Positions 36,001 through 50,900 of a stretch of DNA of 64,000 nucleotides are shown here, piece after piece. This DNA comes from Eledone cirrhosa. Lineage: Eukaryota. Position 1 is the stretch's first letter. Each line of letters begins with the position of its first letter. The stretch spans positions 409,634,001 through 409,698,000 of the forward strand of contig OZ024741.1 in assembly GCA_964016885.1 (NCBI GenBank), read 5' to 3'. The notes under the pieces are model-generated. The model did not search any database, was not told the DNA's origin, and saw nothing but the letters and a program-made list of their open reading frames with translations. The position numbers and the translations under genes were made by a program.

Positions 36001-39000
36001 ACCTAAACTATGGTAACCTAACCTATGGTAACCTAACCTATAGCAACCTAAACTATGGTAACCTAACCTATGGTAACCTAACCTATAGCAACCTAAACTA
36101 TGGTAACCTAACCTATGGTAACCTAACCTATAGCAACCTAAACTATGGTAACCTAACCTATAGCATCCTAAACTATGGTAACCTAACCTATAGCAACCTA
36201 AACTATGGTAACCTAACCTATGGTAACCTAACCTATAGCAACCTAAACTATGGTAACCTAACCTATAGCAACCTAAACTATGGTAACCTAACCTATGGTA
36301 ACCTAACCTATAGCAACCTAAACTATGGTAACCTAACCTATAGCAACCTAAACTATGGTAACCTAACCTATGGTAACCTAACCTATAGCAACCTAACCTA
36401 TAGCAACCTAAACTATGGTAACCTAACCTATGGTAACCTAACCTATAGCAACCTAAACTATGGTAACCTAACCTATGGCAACCTAAACTATGGTAACCTA
36501 ACCTATAGCAACCTAAACTATGGTAACCTAACCTATGGTAACCTAACCTATAGCAACCTAAACTATGGTAACCTAACCTATGGTAACCTAACCTATAGCA
36601 ACCTAAACTATGGTAACCTAACCTATGGTAACCTAACCTATAGCAACCTAAACTATGGTAACCTAACCTATGGTAACCTAACCTATAGCAACCCAAACTA
36701 TGGTAACCTAACCTATGGTAACCTAACCTATAGCAACCTAAACTATGGTAACCTAACCTATAGCAACCTAAACTATGGTAACCTAACCTATGGTAACCTA
36801 ACCTATAGCAACCTAAACTATGGTAACCTAGCCTATAGCAACCTAAACTATGGTAACCTAACCTATAGCAACCTAAACTATGGTAACCTAACCTATGGTA
36901 ACCTAACCTATAGCAACCTAAACTATGGTAACCTAACCTATAGCAACCTAAACTATGGTAACCTAACCTATAGCAACCTAACCTATGGTAACCTAACCTA
37001 TGGTAACCTAACCTATGGTAACCTAACCTATAGCAACCTAAACTATGGTAACCTAACCTATAGCAACCTAAACTATGGTAACCTAACCTATGGTAACCTA
37101 GCCTATAGCAACCTAAACTATGGTAACCTAACCTATAGCAACCTAAACTATGGTAACCTAACCTATAGCAACCTAAACTATGGTAACCTAACCTATAGCA
37201 ACCTAACCTATGGTAACCTAACCTATAGCAACCTAAACTATGGTAACCTAACCTATAGCAACCTAAACTATGGTAACCTAACCTATGGTAACCTAACCTA
37301 TAGCAACCTAACCTATGGTAACCTAACCTATAGCAACCTAAACTATGGTAACCTAACCTATAGCAACCTAAACTATGGTAACCTAACCTATAGCAACCTA
37401 ACCTATGGTAACCTAACCTATAGCAACCTAAACTATGGCAACCTAAACTATGGTAACCTAACCTATAGCAACCTAAACTATGGTAACCTAAACTATGGTA
37501 ACCTAACCTATAGCAACCTAAACTATGGTAACCTACCCTCTGGTAACCTACCCTCTAGTAACCTACCCATTGGTAACCTAACCTATAGTAATCTGCCCTA
37601 TGGTAACCTATCCTATGGTAACCTGCCCTGAAGTTACCTAGCCTATGGTAACCTACTCTATGGTAACCTACCCTATAGTAACCTAAACTATGGTAACCTA
37701 GCCTATGGTAACCTAAACTATGGTAACCTAACCTATAGTAACCTAAACTATGGTAACCTACCCTATGGTAACCTAAACTATGGTAACCTACCCTATGGTA
37801 ACCTACCCTATGGTAACCTAACCTATAGTAACCTACCCTATGTTAACCTAAACTATAGTAACCTACCCTATGTTAACCTAACCTATAGTAAGCTACCCTA
37901 TAGTAACCTAAACTATGGTAACCTACCCTATGGTAACCTAACCTATAGTGACCTAAACTATGGTAACCTAAACTATGGGAACTTACCCATGGTAACCTGC
38001 CCTCTGGTAACCTACCCTCTGTTAACCTACCCTATGGTTACCTACCATATAGTAACCTAACCTATAGTAACCTAATTATGGTAACCTACCCTATGGTAAC
38101 CTAACATATAGTAACCTAAATTATTGTAACCCACCCTATAGTAACCTAACCTATGGTAACCTAACATAATAAACTAAACTATTGTAACCCACCCTATGGT
38201 ACCTAACCTATGGTGACCTATCCTATGGTAACCTAACCTATGGTAACCTAACCTATGGTAACCTACCCTATAGTAACATACCCTATGGTAACCTATAGTA
38301 ACCTACCCTATAGTAACCTAACCTATAGTAACCTAAACTATGGTAACCTAAGCTATGGTAACCTAAACTATGGTAACCTAACCTATGGTAACCTAAACTA
38401 TGGTAACCTAACCTATAGTAACCTAACCTATAGCAACCTAAACTATGGTAACCTAAGCTATGGTAACCTAAACTATGGTAACCTAAGCTATGGTAACCTA
38501 AACTATGGTAACCTAACCTATGGTAACCTAAACTATGGTAACCTAACCTATAGTAACCTAATCTATAGCAACCTAAACTATGGTAACCTAACCTATAGCA
38601 ACCTAAACTATGGTAACCTAAACTATGGTAACCTAACCTATAGCAACCTAAACTATGGTAACCTAACCTATGGTAACCTAACCTATAGCAACCTAAACTA
38701 TGGTAACCTAACCTATAGCAACCTAAACTATGGTAACCTAACCTATGGTAACCTATAGCAACCTAAACTATGGTAACCTAACCTATAGCATCCTAAACTA
38801 TGGTAACCTAACCTATAGCAACCTAAACTATGGTAACCTAACCTATGGTAACCTAACCTATAGCAACCTAAACTATGGTAACCTAACCTATAGCAACCTA
38901 AACTATGGTAACCTAACCTATGGTAACCTAACCTATAGCAACCTAAACTATGGTAACCTAACCTATAGCAACCTAAACTATGGTAACCTAACCTATGGTA

Positions 39001-41548
39001 ACCTAACCTATAGCAACCTAAACTATGGTAACCTAACCTATAGCAACCTAAACTATGGTAACCTAACCTACAGCAACCTAAACTATGGTAACCTAACCTA
39101 TGGTAACCTAACCTATGGTAACCTAACCTATAGCAACCTAACCTATGGTAACCTAACCTATAGCAACCTAAACTATGGTAACCTAACCTATAGCAACCTA
39201 AACTATGGTAACCTAACCTATAGCAACCTAAACTATGGTAACCTAACCTATGGTAACCTAACCTATAGCAACCTAAACTATGGTAACCTAACCTATAGCA
39301 ACCTAAACTATGGTAACCTAACCTATGGTAACCTAACCTATAGCAACCTAAACTATGGTAACCTAACCTATAGCAACCTAACCTATGGTAACCTAACCTA
39401 TAGCAACCTAAACTATGGTAACCTAACCTATAGCAACCTAACCTATAGCAACCTAAACTATGGTAACCTAACCTATAGCAACCTAACCTATGGTAACCTA
39501 ACCTATAGCAACCTAAACTATGGTAACCTAACCTATAGCAACCTAAACTATGGTAACCTAACCTATAGCAACCTAAACTATGGTAACCTAAACTATGGTA
39601 ACCTAACCTATAGCAACCTAAACTATGGTAACCTAACCTATGGTAACCTACCCTCTAGTAACCTACCCATTGGTAACCTAACCTATAGTAACCTACCCTA
39701 TGGTAACCTACCCTATGGTAACATATCCTATGGTAACCTGCCCTGAAGTTACCTAGCCTATGGTAACCTACTCTATGGTAACCTACCCTATAGTAACCTA
39801 GCCTATGGTAACCTAAACTATGGTAACCTAACCTATAGTAACCTAAACTATGGTAACCTACCCTATGGTAACCCAGCCTATAATAACCTACCCTATGGTA
39901 ACCTACCCTATAGTAACCTACCCTATGGAAACATACCCTATGGTAACCTAACCTATAGTAACCTACCCTATGGTAACCTACCCTATGGTAACCTAACCTA
40001 TAGTAACCTAAACTATGGTAACCTACCCTATGGTAACCTAAACTATGGTAACCTACCCTATGGTAACCTACCCTATGGTAACCTAACCTATAGTAACCTA
40101 CCCTATGTTAACCTAAACTATAGTAACCTACCCTATGTTAACCTAACCTATAGTAAGCTACCCTATAGTAACCTAAACTATGGTAACCTACCCTATGGTA
40201 ACCTAACCTATAGTGACCTAAACTATGGGAACTTACCCATGGTAACCTGCCCTCTGGTAACCTACCCTCTGTTAACCTACCCTATGGTTACCAACCCTAT
40301 GGTAACCTACCCTATAGTAACCTAACCTATGGTAACCTACCCTATGGTAACCTAACCTATAGTAACCTAACCTATGGTAACCTAACCTATAGTAACCTAA
40401 ACTATAGTAACCTACCCTATGGTAAACTACCCTAGGGTAACCCAACCTATGGTAACCTAACCTATAGTAACCTAAAATATGGTAACCTAACCTATGGTAA
40501 CCTACCCCATGGTAACCTAAACTATGGTAACCTACTCTATGGTAACCCACCCTATGGTAACCTACCCTATAGTAACCTACCCTATGGTAACCTAAGCTAT
40601 AGTAACCTAAACTATGGTAACCTAAACTATGGTAACAGACCCTATGGTAACCTAACCTATAGTAACCTAAACTATGGTAACCTACCCTATGGTAACCTAA
40701 CATATAGTAACCTACCCTATGGCAACCTAACCTATAGTAACCTAAACTATGATAACCTACCCTATGGTAACCTAACATAGTAACCTAAACTATGGTAACC
40801 TACCCTATGGTAACCTAAACTATGGTAACCTACCCTATGGTAACCTAACCTATAGTGACCTAAACTATGGTAACCTACCCTATGGTAACCTCAACTATAG
40901 TAACCTACCCTATGGTAACCTAAACTATGGTAACCTAAACTATAGTAACCTAAACTATGGTAACCTACCCTATGGTAACCTAAACTATGGTAATCTACAC
41001 TATAGTAACCTAAACTATGGTAACCTAACCTATAGTAACCTAAACTATGGTAACCTACACTATAGTAACCTAAACTATGGTAACCTAACCTATAGTAACC
41101 TAAACTATGGTAACCTAACCTATAGTAACCTAAACTATGGTAACCTAACCTATGGTAACCTAACCTATGGTAACCTAACCTCTAGTAACCTATGGTAACC
41201 TAAACTATGGTAACATACCCTATAGTAACCTAAACTATGGTAACCTAACCTACGGTAAACTACCCTATGGTAACCTAACCTCTAGTAACCTAACCTACGG
41301 TAACCTAACCTATGGTAACCTAACCTATAGTAACCTACCCTATGGTAACCTAAGCTATGGTAACCTAACCTATAGTAACCTACCCTATGGTAACCTATGG
41401 TAACCTACCCTATGGTAACCTAAGCTATGGTAACCTAACCTATAGTAACCTACCCTATGGTAACCTAAGCTATGGTAACCTACCCTATGGTAACCTACCC
41501 TATGGTAACCTACCCTATGGTAACCTAACCTATGGTAACCTACCCTAT
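30047..41548. repeat. 15-bp satellite (GGTAACCTAACCTAT and variants), ~11.5 kb, ~760 units, with kb-scale higher-order repeats
   Basis: Direct reading. Rare-variant markers recur: taataaactaaactattgtaaccc at ~32601/35567/38167, gccctgaa at ~30527/34644/37625/39740, and gggaacttacccatgg at ~31117/37977/40227. Confidence 0.98.
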
Positions 41549-42192
41549 GACTACGAGATACAAGTCATACGTTAAATAGACTTATCAAATATGAGATTCA
41601 GTAGAAATAATTGTGGCTGGTTGCTAGAGTTATGGTAAGTGGTGTACAACAAGTGGCAGTTTCACTATTTACCCCTCAGTGGTAAAGGTTCACATTTTAT
41701 ATTCCGTGACCAAGTCGACCCCTGGTTTTGGAGAGATATTTTTTGGCGCTAAATGTTGTCTTGTACACATATACGGGATACATCATCAATATAACCACAA
41801 TAGACCAGTTTGACAATTGCCACCAAAGGAAAGTTCCCCTTAAAGTTAACGACTTACCAGAACATCAATACTGACATATTGTAAAGATTTGAACTTTTAC
41901 AAATTGTTGATTATTTTTACAGACATTAGAAATATGGTTAGAAATGGGTTAACCAGTCATATGTTATTTTTGGAGCTGTGGCCATTTTGATTTGAACAAC
42001 GAAATAGCCAGTTTGTGAAATAATGTGCAAGTGGCTGAGCATACCACAGGGGAATACACCCTTAATGTAGCTTTAAGAAAGGGGCAGCCTGACATAAAGT
42101 ATCAAGACTGACCCTTTGAATTACAGGTACACCTCATTGTTTTGTTGTGTATTGCTGAAGAACACATGACACCAGGAATCAATCTGGCATTT

Positions 42193-44992
42193 ATAACCCC
42201 TAAACTATATAACTTCTCTACAGATATACCAGACACTGTAACCCCTAAATAAAATGACACTATAGATATACCAGACACTGTAACCCCTAAACTACATGAC
42301 ACTACAGATATACCAGACACTGAAACCCCTAAATTACATGACACTACAGATATACCAGACACTGTAACCCCTAAACTACATGACACTACAGATATACCAG
42401 ACACTGAAACCCCTAAATTACATGACACTATAGATATACCAGACACTGTAACCCCTAAACTACATGACACTACAGATATACCAGACACTGAAACCCCTAA
42501 ACTACATGACACTACAGATATACCAGACACTGTAACCCCTAAACTACATTACACTATAGATATACCAGACAGTGTAACCCCTAAACTACATGACACTACA
42601 GATATACCAGACACTGTAACCCCTAAACTACATGACACTATAGATATACCACACAGTGTAACCCCTAAACTACATGACACTACAGATATACCAGACACTG
42701 TAACCCCTAAACTACATGACACTATAGATATACCAGACAATGTAACCCCTAAACTACATTACACTATAGATATACCAGACACTGTAACCCCTAAACTACA
42801 TTACACCATAGATATACCAGACAGTGTAACCCCTAAATTACATGACACTACAGATATACCAGACAGTGTAAGCCCTAAACTACATGACACTACAGATATA
42901 CCAGACAGTGTAACCCCTAAACTACATGACACTACAGATATACCAGACACTGTAACCCCTAAACTACATGACACTACAGATATACCAGACAGTGTAACCC
43001 CTAAACAACATGATACTATAGATATACCAGACACTGTAAACCCTAAACAACATGACACTATAGATATACCAGACGCTGTAACCCCTAAACTACATGACAC
43101 TATAGATATACCAGACACTGTAACCCCTAAACAACATGACACTACAGATATACCAGACAGTGTAACCCCTAAATTACATGACACTATAGATATACCAGAC
43201 ACTGTAACCTCTAAATTACATGACACTACATATATACCAGACAGTGTAACCCCTAAATTACATGACACTACAGATATACCAGACACTGTAACCCCTAAAC
43301 TACATGACACTACAGATATACCAGACAGTGTAACCCCTAAATTACATGACACTATAGATATACCAGACAGTGTAACCCCTAAACTACATGACACTACAGA
43401 TATACCAGACAATGTAACCCCTAAACTACATGACACTATAGATATACCAGACACTGTAACCCCTAAATTACATGACACTACATATATACCAGACACTGTA
43501 ACCCCTAAACTACATGACACTACAGATATACCAGACACTGTAACCCCTAAATTACATAACACTATAGATATACCAGACACTGTAACCCCTAAATTACATG
43601 ACACTATAGATATTCCAGACACTGTAACCCCTAAACTACATGACACTACAGATATACCAGAGAGTGTAACCCCTAAACTACATGACACTACAGACATACC
43701 AGACACTGTAACCCCTAAACTACATGACACTACAGATATACCAGACACTGTAACCCCTAAATTACATGACACTACAGATATACCAGACACTGTAACCCCG
43801 AAACTACATGACTTCACTATAGATATACCAGACACTGAAACCCCTAAATTACATGACACTACAGATATACCAGACACTGTAACCCCTAAACTACACGACA
43901 CTATAGATATACCAGACACTGTAACCCCTAAATTACATGACACTACAGATATACCAGACACTGTAACCCCTAAATTACATGACACTACAGATATACCAGA
44001 CACTGTAACCCCTAAATTACAAGACTTCAGTATAGATATACCAGACAGAGTAACCCCTAAATTACATGACACTATAGATATACCAGATACTGTAACCCCT
44101 AAACTACATGACACTATAGATATACCAGACACTGAAACCCCTAAATTACATGACACTACAGATATACCAGACACTGTAACCCCTAAACTACACGACACTA
44201 TAGATATACCAGACACTGTAACCCCTAAATTACATGTCACTAGATATACCAGACACTGTAACCCCTAAATTACATGACACTACATATATACCAGACACTG
44301 TAACCCCTAAACTACATGACACTATAGATATACCAGACAGTGTAACCCCTAAATTACATGACACTACAGATATACCAGACACTGTAACCCCTAAACTACA
44401 TGACATTATAGATATACCAGACAGTGTAACCCCTAAACTACATGACTTGACTACAGATATACCAGACACTGTAACCCCTAAACTACATGACACTAGATAT
44501 ACCAGACAGTGTAACCCCTAAATTACATGACACTATAGATATACCAGACAGTGTAACCCCTAAACTACATGACACTACAGATATACCAAACACTGTAACC
44601 CCTAAACTACATTACACTATAGATATACCAGACACTGTAACCCCTAAACTACATGACACTACAGATATACCAGACACTGTAACCCCTAAATTACATGACT
44701 TCACTATAGATATACCAGACAGTGTAACCCCTAAATTACATGACACTACAGATATACCAGACACTGTAACCCCTAAACTACATGACACTACAGATATACC
44801 AGACACTGTAACCCCTAAATTACATGACTTCACTATAGATATACCAGACATTGTAACCCCTAAACTACATGACACTACAGATATACCAGACAGCGTAACC
44901 ACTAAACTACATCACACTATAGATATACCAGACACTGTAACCCCTAAGTTACATGACACTACAGATATACCAGACACTGTAACCCCTAAATT
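42193..44992. repeat. 42-bp satellite (cagatataccagacactgtaacccctaaactacatgacacta), left part, ~66 units
   Basis: Direct reading. It translates as the 14-aa repeat TTDIPDTVTPKLHD. Confidence 0.97.
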
Positions 44993-47900
44993 CATCATCA
45001 TCATCGTTTTACGACCGTTCTTCCATGCTTGCATGGGTTAGACGGGATGTCCTGTTGTGGGCAGTGTCTGGTCAGCTGTCCATGCCTTGCTCATACAGGA
45101 ACTGATTTTGGCTTGATTTCTACAGCTGGATGCCCTTCCTAACACCAACCTCATAGTGAGTGCTGGGTGCTTTTTTGTGGCACCTCCACGTCCACTTTAC
45201 AGTGAGTAATGGGTGCTTTTTTGCCATGGCACCTCCACGTCCACTTTACAGTGAGTGCTGGGTGCTTTTTTGTGGGACCTCCACGTCCACTTTACAGTGA
45301 GTGCTGGGTGCTTTATTGCTGTGGCACCTCCACGTCCACTTTACAGTGAGGGCTGGGTGCTTTTTTGTGGGACCCCCACGTCCACTTTACAGTGAGTGCT
45401 GGGTGCTTTTTTGCCGTGGCACCTCCACGCCCACTTTACAGTGAGGGCTGGGTGCTTTTTTGTGGAACATCCACGTCCACTTTACAGTGAGTGCTGGGTG
45501 CTTTTTTGCTGTGGGACCTCCACATCCACTTTACAGTGAGTGCTGGATGCTTTTTTGCCGTGGCACCTCCACGTCCACTTTACAGTGAGTGCTGGGTGCT
45601 TTTTTGCCGTGGCACCTCCACGCCCACTTTACAGTGAGTGCTGGGTGCTTTTTTGCCGTGGCACCTCCAAGTCCACCTTACAGTGTGGGCTGGGTGCTTT
45701 TTTGCCGTGGAACCTGCACGTCCACTTTACAGTGTGGGCTGGGTGCTTTTTTGCCGTGGCACCTCCACGTCCACTTTACAGTGTGGGCTGGGTGCTTTTT
45801 TGTGGCACCTCCACGTCCACTTTACAGTGAGTGCTGGGTGCTTTTTTGCCGTGGCACCTCCACGACCACTTTACAGTGAGTGCTGGGTGCTTTTTTGCCG
45901 TGGCACCTCCAAGTCCACTTTACAGTGAGGGCTGGGTGCTTTTTTGTGGCACCTCCACGTCCACTTTACAGTGAGGGCTGGGTGCTTTTTTGTGGCACCT
46001 CCACGTCCACTTTACAGTGAGTGCTGGGTGCTTTTTTGTGGCACCTCCACATCCACTTTACAGTGAGTGCTGGGTGCTTTTTTGCCGTGGCACCTCCACA
46101 TCCAATTTAGTGAGGGAGGGTGCTTTTTTGTGGTACCTCCACGTCCACTTTACAGTGAGTGCTGGGTGCTTTTTTGCCGTGGCACCTCCACGTCCACTTT
46201 ACAGTGAGGGCTGGGGGCTTTTTTGCCGTGGCACCTCCACATCTACTTTACAGTGAGGGCTGGGTGCTTTTTTGCCGTGGCACCTCCACATCCACTTTAC
46301 AGTGAGGGCTGGGTGCTTTTTTTGTGGCACCTCCACGTCCACTTTACAGCGAGTGCTGGGTGCTTTTTTGTGGGACCTCCACGTCCACTTTACAGTGAGT
46401 GCTGGGTGCTTTTTTGTGGAACCTCCACATCCACTTTACAGTGAGTGCTGGGTGCTTTTTTGCCGTGGCACCTCCACGCCCACTTTACAGTGGGTGCTGG
46501 GTGCTTTTTTGCCGTGGCACCTCCACGTCCACTTTACAGTGAGTGCTGGGTGCTTTTTTGCCGAGGCACCTCCACGCCCACTTTACAGTGTGGGCTGGGT
46601 GCTTTTTTGCCGTGGAACCTGCACGTCTACTTTACAGTGTGGGCTGGGTGCTTTTTTGCCGTGGCACTTCCATGTCCACTTTACAGTGAGTGCTGGGTGA
46701 TTTTTTATGGCACCTCCACGTCCACTTTACAGTGACTGCTGGGTGCTATTTTGTGGCACCTCCACGTCCACTTTACAGTGAGGGCTGGGTGCTTTATTGC
46801 CGTGGCACCTCCACGCCCACTTTACAGTGAGTGCTGCGTGCTTTTTTGCCGTGGAACGTCCACGTCCACTTCATAGTGAGTGCTGGGTGCTTTTTTGCCG
46901 TGGCACCTCCACGTCCACTTTACAGTGAGTGCTGGGTGCTTTTTTGTGGCACCTCCACGTCCAGTTTACAGTGAGTGCTGGGTGCTTTTTTGTGGCACCT
47001 CCACGTCCAGTTTACAGTGAATGCTGAGTGCTTTTTTGCCGTGGCACCTCCACGTCCACTTTACAGTGAGTGCTGGGTGCTTTTTTGCCGTGGTACCTCC
47101 ACGCCCACTTTACAGTGAGTGCTGGGTGCTTTTTTCCGCGGCACCTCCACGTCCACTTTACAGTGAGTGCTGGGTGCTTTTTTGCCGTGGCACCTCTACG
47201 TAAACTTTACAGTGTGGACTGGGTGTTTTTTTGTCGTGGAACCTGCACGTCCACTTTACAGTGTGGGCTGGGTGCTTTTTTGCCGTGGCACCTCCACGTC
47301 CACTTTACAGTGTGGGCTGGGTGCTTTTTTGCCATGGCACCTCCACGTCCACTTTACAGTGAGTGCTGGGTGCTTTTTTGCCGTGGCACCTCCACGTCCA
47401 CTTTACAGTGTGGGCTGGGTGCTTTTTTGCCGTGGAACCTGCACGTCCACTTTACAGTGTGGGCTGGGTGCTTTTTTGCCCTGGCACCTCCACGTCCACT
47501 TTACAGTGAGGGCTGGGTGCTTTTTTGCCCTGGCACCTCCACGTCCACTTTACAGTGAGGGCTGGGTGCTTTTTTGCCCTGGCACCTCCACGTCCACTTT
47601 ACAGTGTGGGCTGGGTGCTTTTTTGCCCTGGCACCTCCACGTGCACTTTACAGTGTGGGCTGGGTGCTTTTTTGCCGTGGCACTTCCACGTCCACTTTAC
47701 AGTGAGTGCTGGTTGCTTTTTTGTGGCACTTCCACGTCTACTTTACAGTGAGTGCTGGGTGCTTTTTTGTGGCACATCCACGTCCACTTTACAGTGAGTG
47801 CTGGGTGCATTTTTGCCGTGGCACCTCCACGTCCACTTTAGTGAGGGCTGGGTGCTTTTTTGTGGCACCTCCACGTCCACTTTACAGTGAGTGCTGGGTG

Positions 47901-50900
47901 CTTTTTTGCCGTGGCACCTCCACATCCACTTTACAGTGAGGGCTGGGTGCTTTTTTGTGGCACCTCCACGTCCACTTTACAGTGAGTGCTGAGTGCTTTT
48001 TTGCCATGGCACCTCCACGTCCACTTTACAGTGAGGGCTGGGTGCTTTTTTGTGGCACCTCCATGTCTACTTTACAGTGAGTGCTGGGTGCTTTTTTGTG
48101 GGACCTTCACGTCCACTTTCCAGTGAGTGCTGGGTGCTTTTTTGCCGTGGCACCTCCACGTCCACTTTACAGTGAGGGCTGGGTGCTTTTTTGTGGCACC
48201 TCCACGTCCACTTTACAGTGAGTGCTGGGTGCTTTTTTGCCGTGGCACCACCACGTCCTCTTTACAGTGAGTGCTGGGTGCTTTTTTGCCGTAGCACCTA
48301 CACGCCCACTTTACAGTGAGTGCTGGGTGCTTTTTTGCCGTGGCACCTCCACGTCCACTTTACAGTGAGTGCTGGGTGCTTTTTTGCCGTGACACCTCTA
48401 CACCCACTTTACAGTGTGGGCTGGGTGCTTTTTTGCCGTGGCACGTCCACTTTGCAGTGTTGGCTGGGTGCGCTTTTGACGTGGCACCTCCGCGTCCACT
48501 TTAGTGAGTGCTGGGTGCTTTTTTGTGGCACCTCCACGTCCACTTTACAATGAGTGCTGGGTACTTTTTTGCCGTGGCACCTCCACGTCCACTTTACAGT
48601 GAGGGCTGGGTGCTTTTTTGCCGAGGCACCTCCACGTCCACTTTACAGTGAGTGCTGGGTGCTTTTCTGTGGCACCTCCACGTCCACTTTACAGTGAGTG
48701 CTGGGTGCTTTTTTGCCGTGGCACCTCCACGTCCACTTTACAGTGAAGGGTGGGTTCTTTTTTGCCGTGGCACTTCCACGTCCAATTTAGTGAGGGAGGG
48801 TGCTTTTTTGTGGTACCTCCACGTCCACTTTACAGTGAGTGCTGGGTGCTTTTTTGCCGTGGCACCTCCACATCCACTTTACAGTGAGGGCTGGGTGCTT
48901 TTTTTGTGGGACCTCCACGTCCACTTTACAGCGAGTGCTGGGTGCTTTTTTGTGGCACCTCCACGTCCACTTTACAGTGAGTGCTGGGTGCTTTTTTGTG
49001 GAACCTCCAGATCCACTTTACAGTGAGTGCTGGGTGCTTTTTTGCTGTGGCACCTCCACGCCCACTTTACAGTGGGTGCTGGGTGCTTTTTTGCCGTGGC
49101 ACCTCCACGTCCACTTTACAGTGAGTGCTGGGTGCTTTTTTGCTGTGGCACCTCCACGTCCACTTTACAGTGTGGGCTGGGTGCTTTTTTGCCGTGGAAC
49201 CTGCACGTCTACTTTACAGTGTGGGCTGGGTGCTTTTTTGCCGTGGCACCTCCACGTGCACTCTACAGTGTGGGCTGGGTGCTTTTTTGCCGTGGGACTT
49301 CCACGTCCACTTTACAGTGAGTGCTGGGTGCTTTTTTGTGGCACCTCCACGTCCACTTTACAGTGAGTGCTGGGTGCTTTTTTGTGGTACCTCCACGTCC
49401 ACTTTACAGTGAGGGCTGGGTGCTTTTTTGCCGTGGCACCTCCACGTCCACTTTACAGTGAGGGCTGGGTGCTTTTTTGTGGCACCTCCACGTCCACTTT
49501 ACAATGAGTGCTGGGTGCTTTTTTGCCGTGGCACCTCCACGTCCACTTTACAGTGAGGGCTGGGTGCTTTTTTGTGGCACCTCCACGTCCACTTTACAGT
49601 GAGTGCTGGGTGCTTTTTTGCCATGGCACCTCCACGTCCACTTTACAGTGAGGGCTGGGTGCTTTTTTGTGGGACCTCCATGTCCACTTTACAGTGAGTG
49701 CTGGGTGCTTTTTTGTGGGACCTTCACGTCCACTTTCCAGTGAGTGCTGGGTGCTTTTTTGCCGTGGCACCTCCACGTCCACTTTACAGTGAGGGCTGGG
49801 TGCTTTTTTGTGGCACCTCCACGTCCACTTTACAGTGAGTGCCGGGTGCATTTTTGCCGTGGCACCACCACGTCCACTTTACAGTGAGTGCTGGGTGCTT
49901 TTTTGCCGTAGCACCTACACGTCCACTTTACAGTGAGTGCTGGGTGCTTTTTTGCCGTGGCACCTCTACGCCCACTTTACAGTGAGTGCTGGGTGCTTTT
50001 TTGCTGTGGCACCTCCACGTCTACTTTACAGTGTGGGCTAGGTACTTATTTGCCGTGGCACCTCCACGTCCACTTTACAGTGTGGGCTGGGTGCTTTTTT
50101 GCCGTGGCACGTCCACTTTGCAGTGTTGGCTGGGTGCTTTTTTTGTGGGACCTCCACGTCCACTTTACAGTGAGTGCTGGGTGCTTTTTTGTGGCACCTC
50201 CACGTCCACTTTCCAGTGAGTGCTGGGTGCTTTTTTGTGGCACCTCCACGTCCACTTTACAGTGAGTGCTGGGTGCTTTTTTGTGGCACCTCCACGTCCA
50301 CTTTCCAGTGAGTGCTGGGTGCTTTTTTGTGACACCTCCACGTCCACTTTACAGTGAGTGCTGGGTGCTTTTTTGTGGCACCTCCACGTCCACTTTACAG
50401 TGAGTGCTGGGTGCTTTTTTGTGGCACCTCCACGTCCACTTTACAGTGAGTGCTGGGTGCTTTTTTGTGGCACTTCCACGTCTACTTTACAGTGAGTGCT
50501 GGGTGCTTTTTTGTGGTAACTCCACGTCCACTTTACAGTGTGGGCTGGGTGCTTTTTTGTGGCACCTCCACGTCCACTTTACAATGAGGGCTGGGTGCTT
50601 TTTTGTGGCACCTCCACGTCCACTTTACAGTGAGTGCTGGGTGCTTTTTTGTGGCACATCCACGTCCACTTTACAGTGAGTGCTGGGTGCATTTTTGCCG
50701 TGGCACCTCCACGTCCACTTTAGTGAGGGCTGGGTGCTTTTTTGTGGCACCTCCACGTCCACTTTACAGTGAGTGCTGGGTGCTTTTTGCCGTGGCACCT
50801 CCACGTCCACTTTACAGTGAGGGCTGGGTGCTTTTTTGTGGCACCTCCACGTCCACTTTACAGTGAGTGCTGGGTGCTTTTTTGCCATGGCACCTCCACG

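Noticed and set aside
32689-39746. 653-, 673- and 333-aa ORFs of YGNLT/YSNLN pentapeptide repeats
   Set aside because: A 15-bp unit with a stop-free frame gives long ORFs automatically. There is no unique N- or C-terminus, frame-breaking indels are frequent elsewhere in the array, and the ORFs are antisense within an intron.
30030-41548. True or interstitial telomere
   Set aside because: There is no pure (TTAGGG)n or (TTAGG)n run; the unit is a 15-mer.
41700-42190. Short DNA-transposon-end and SINE-body-like remnants (similar at 21.7-21.9 and 22.2-22.35 kb)
   Set aside because: Too degraded to assign boundaries or family by eye.
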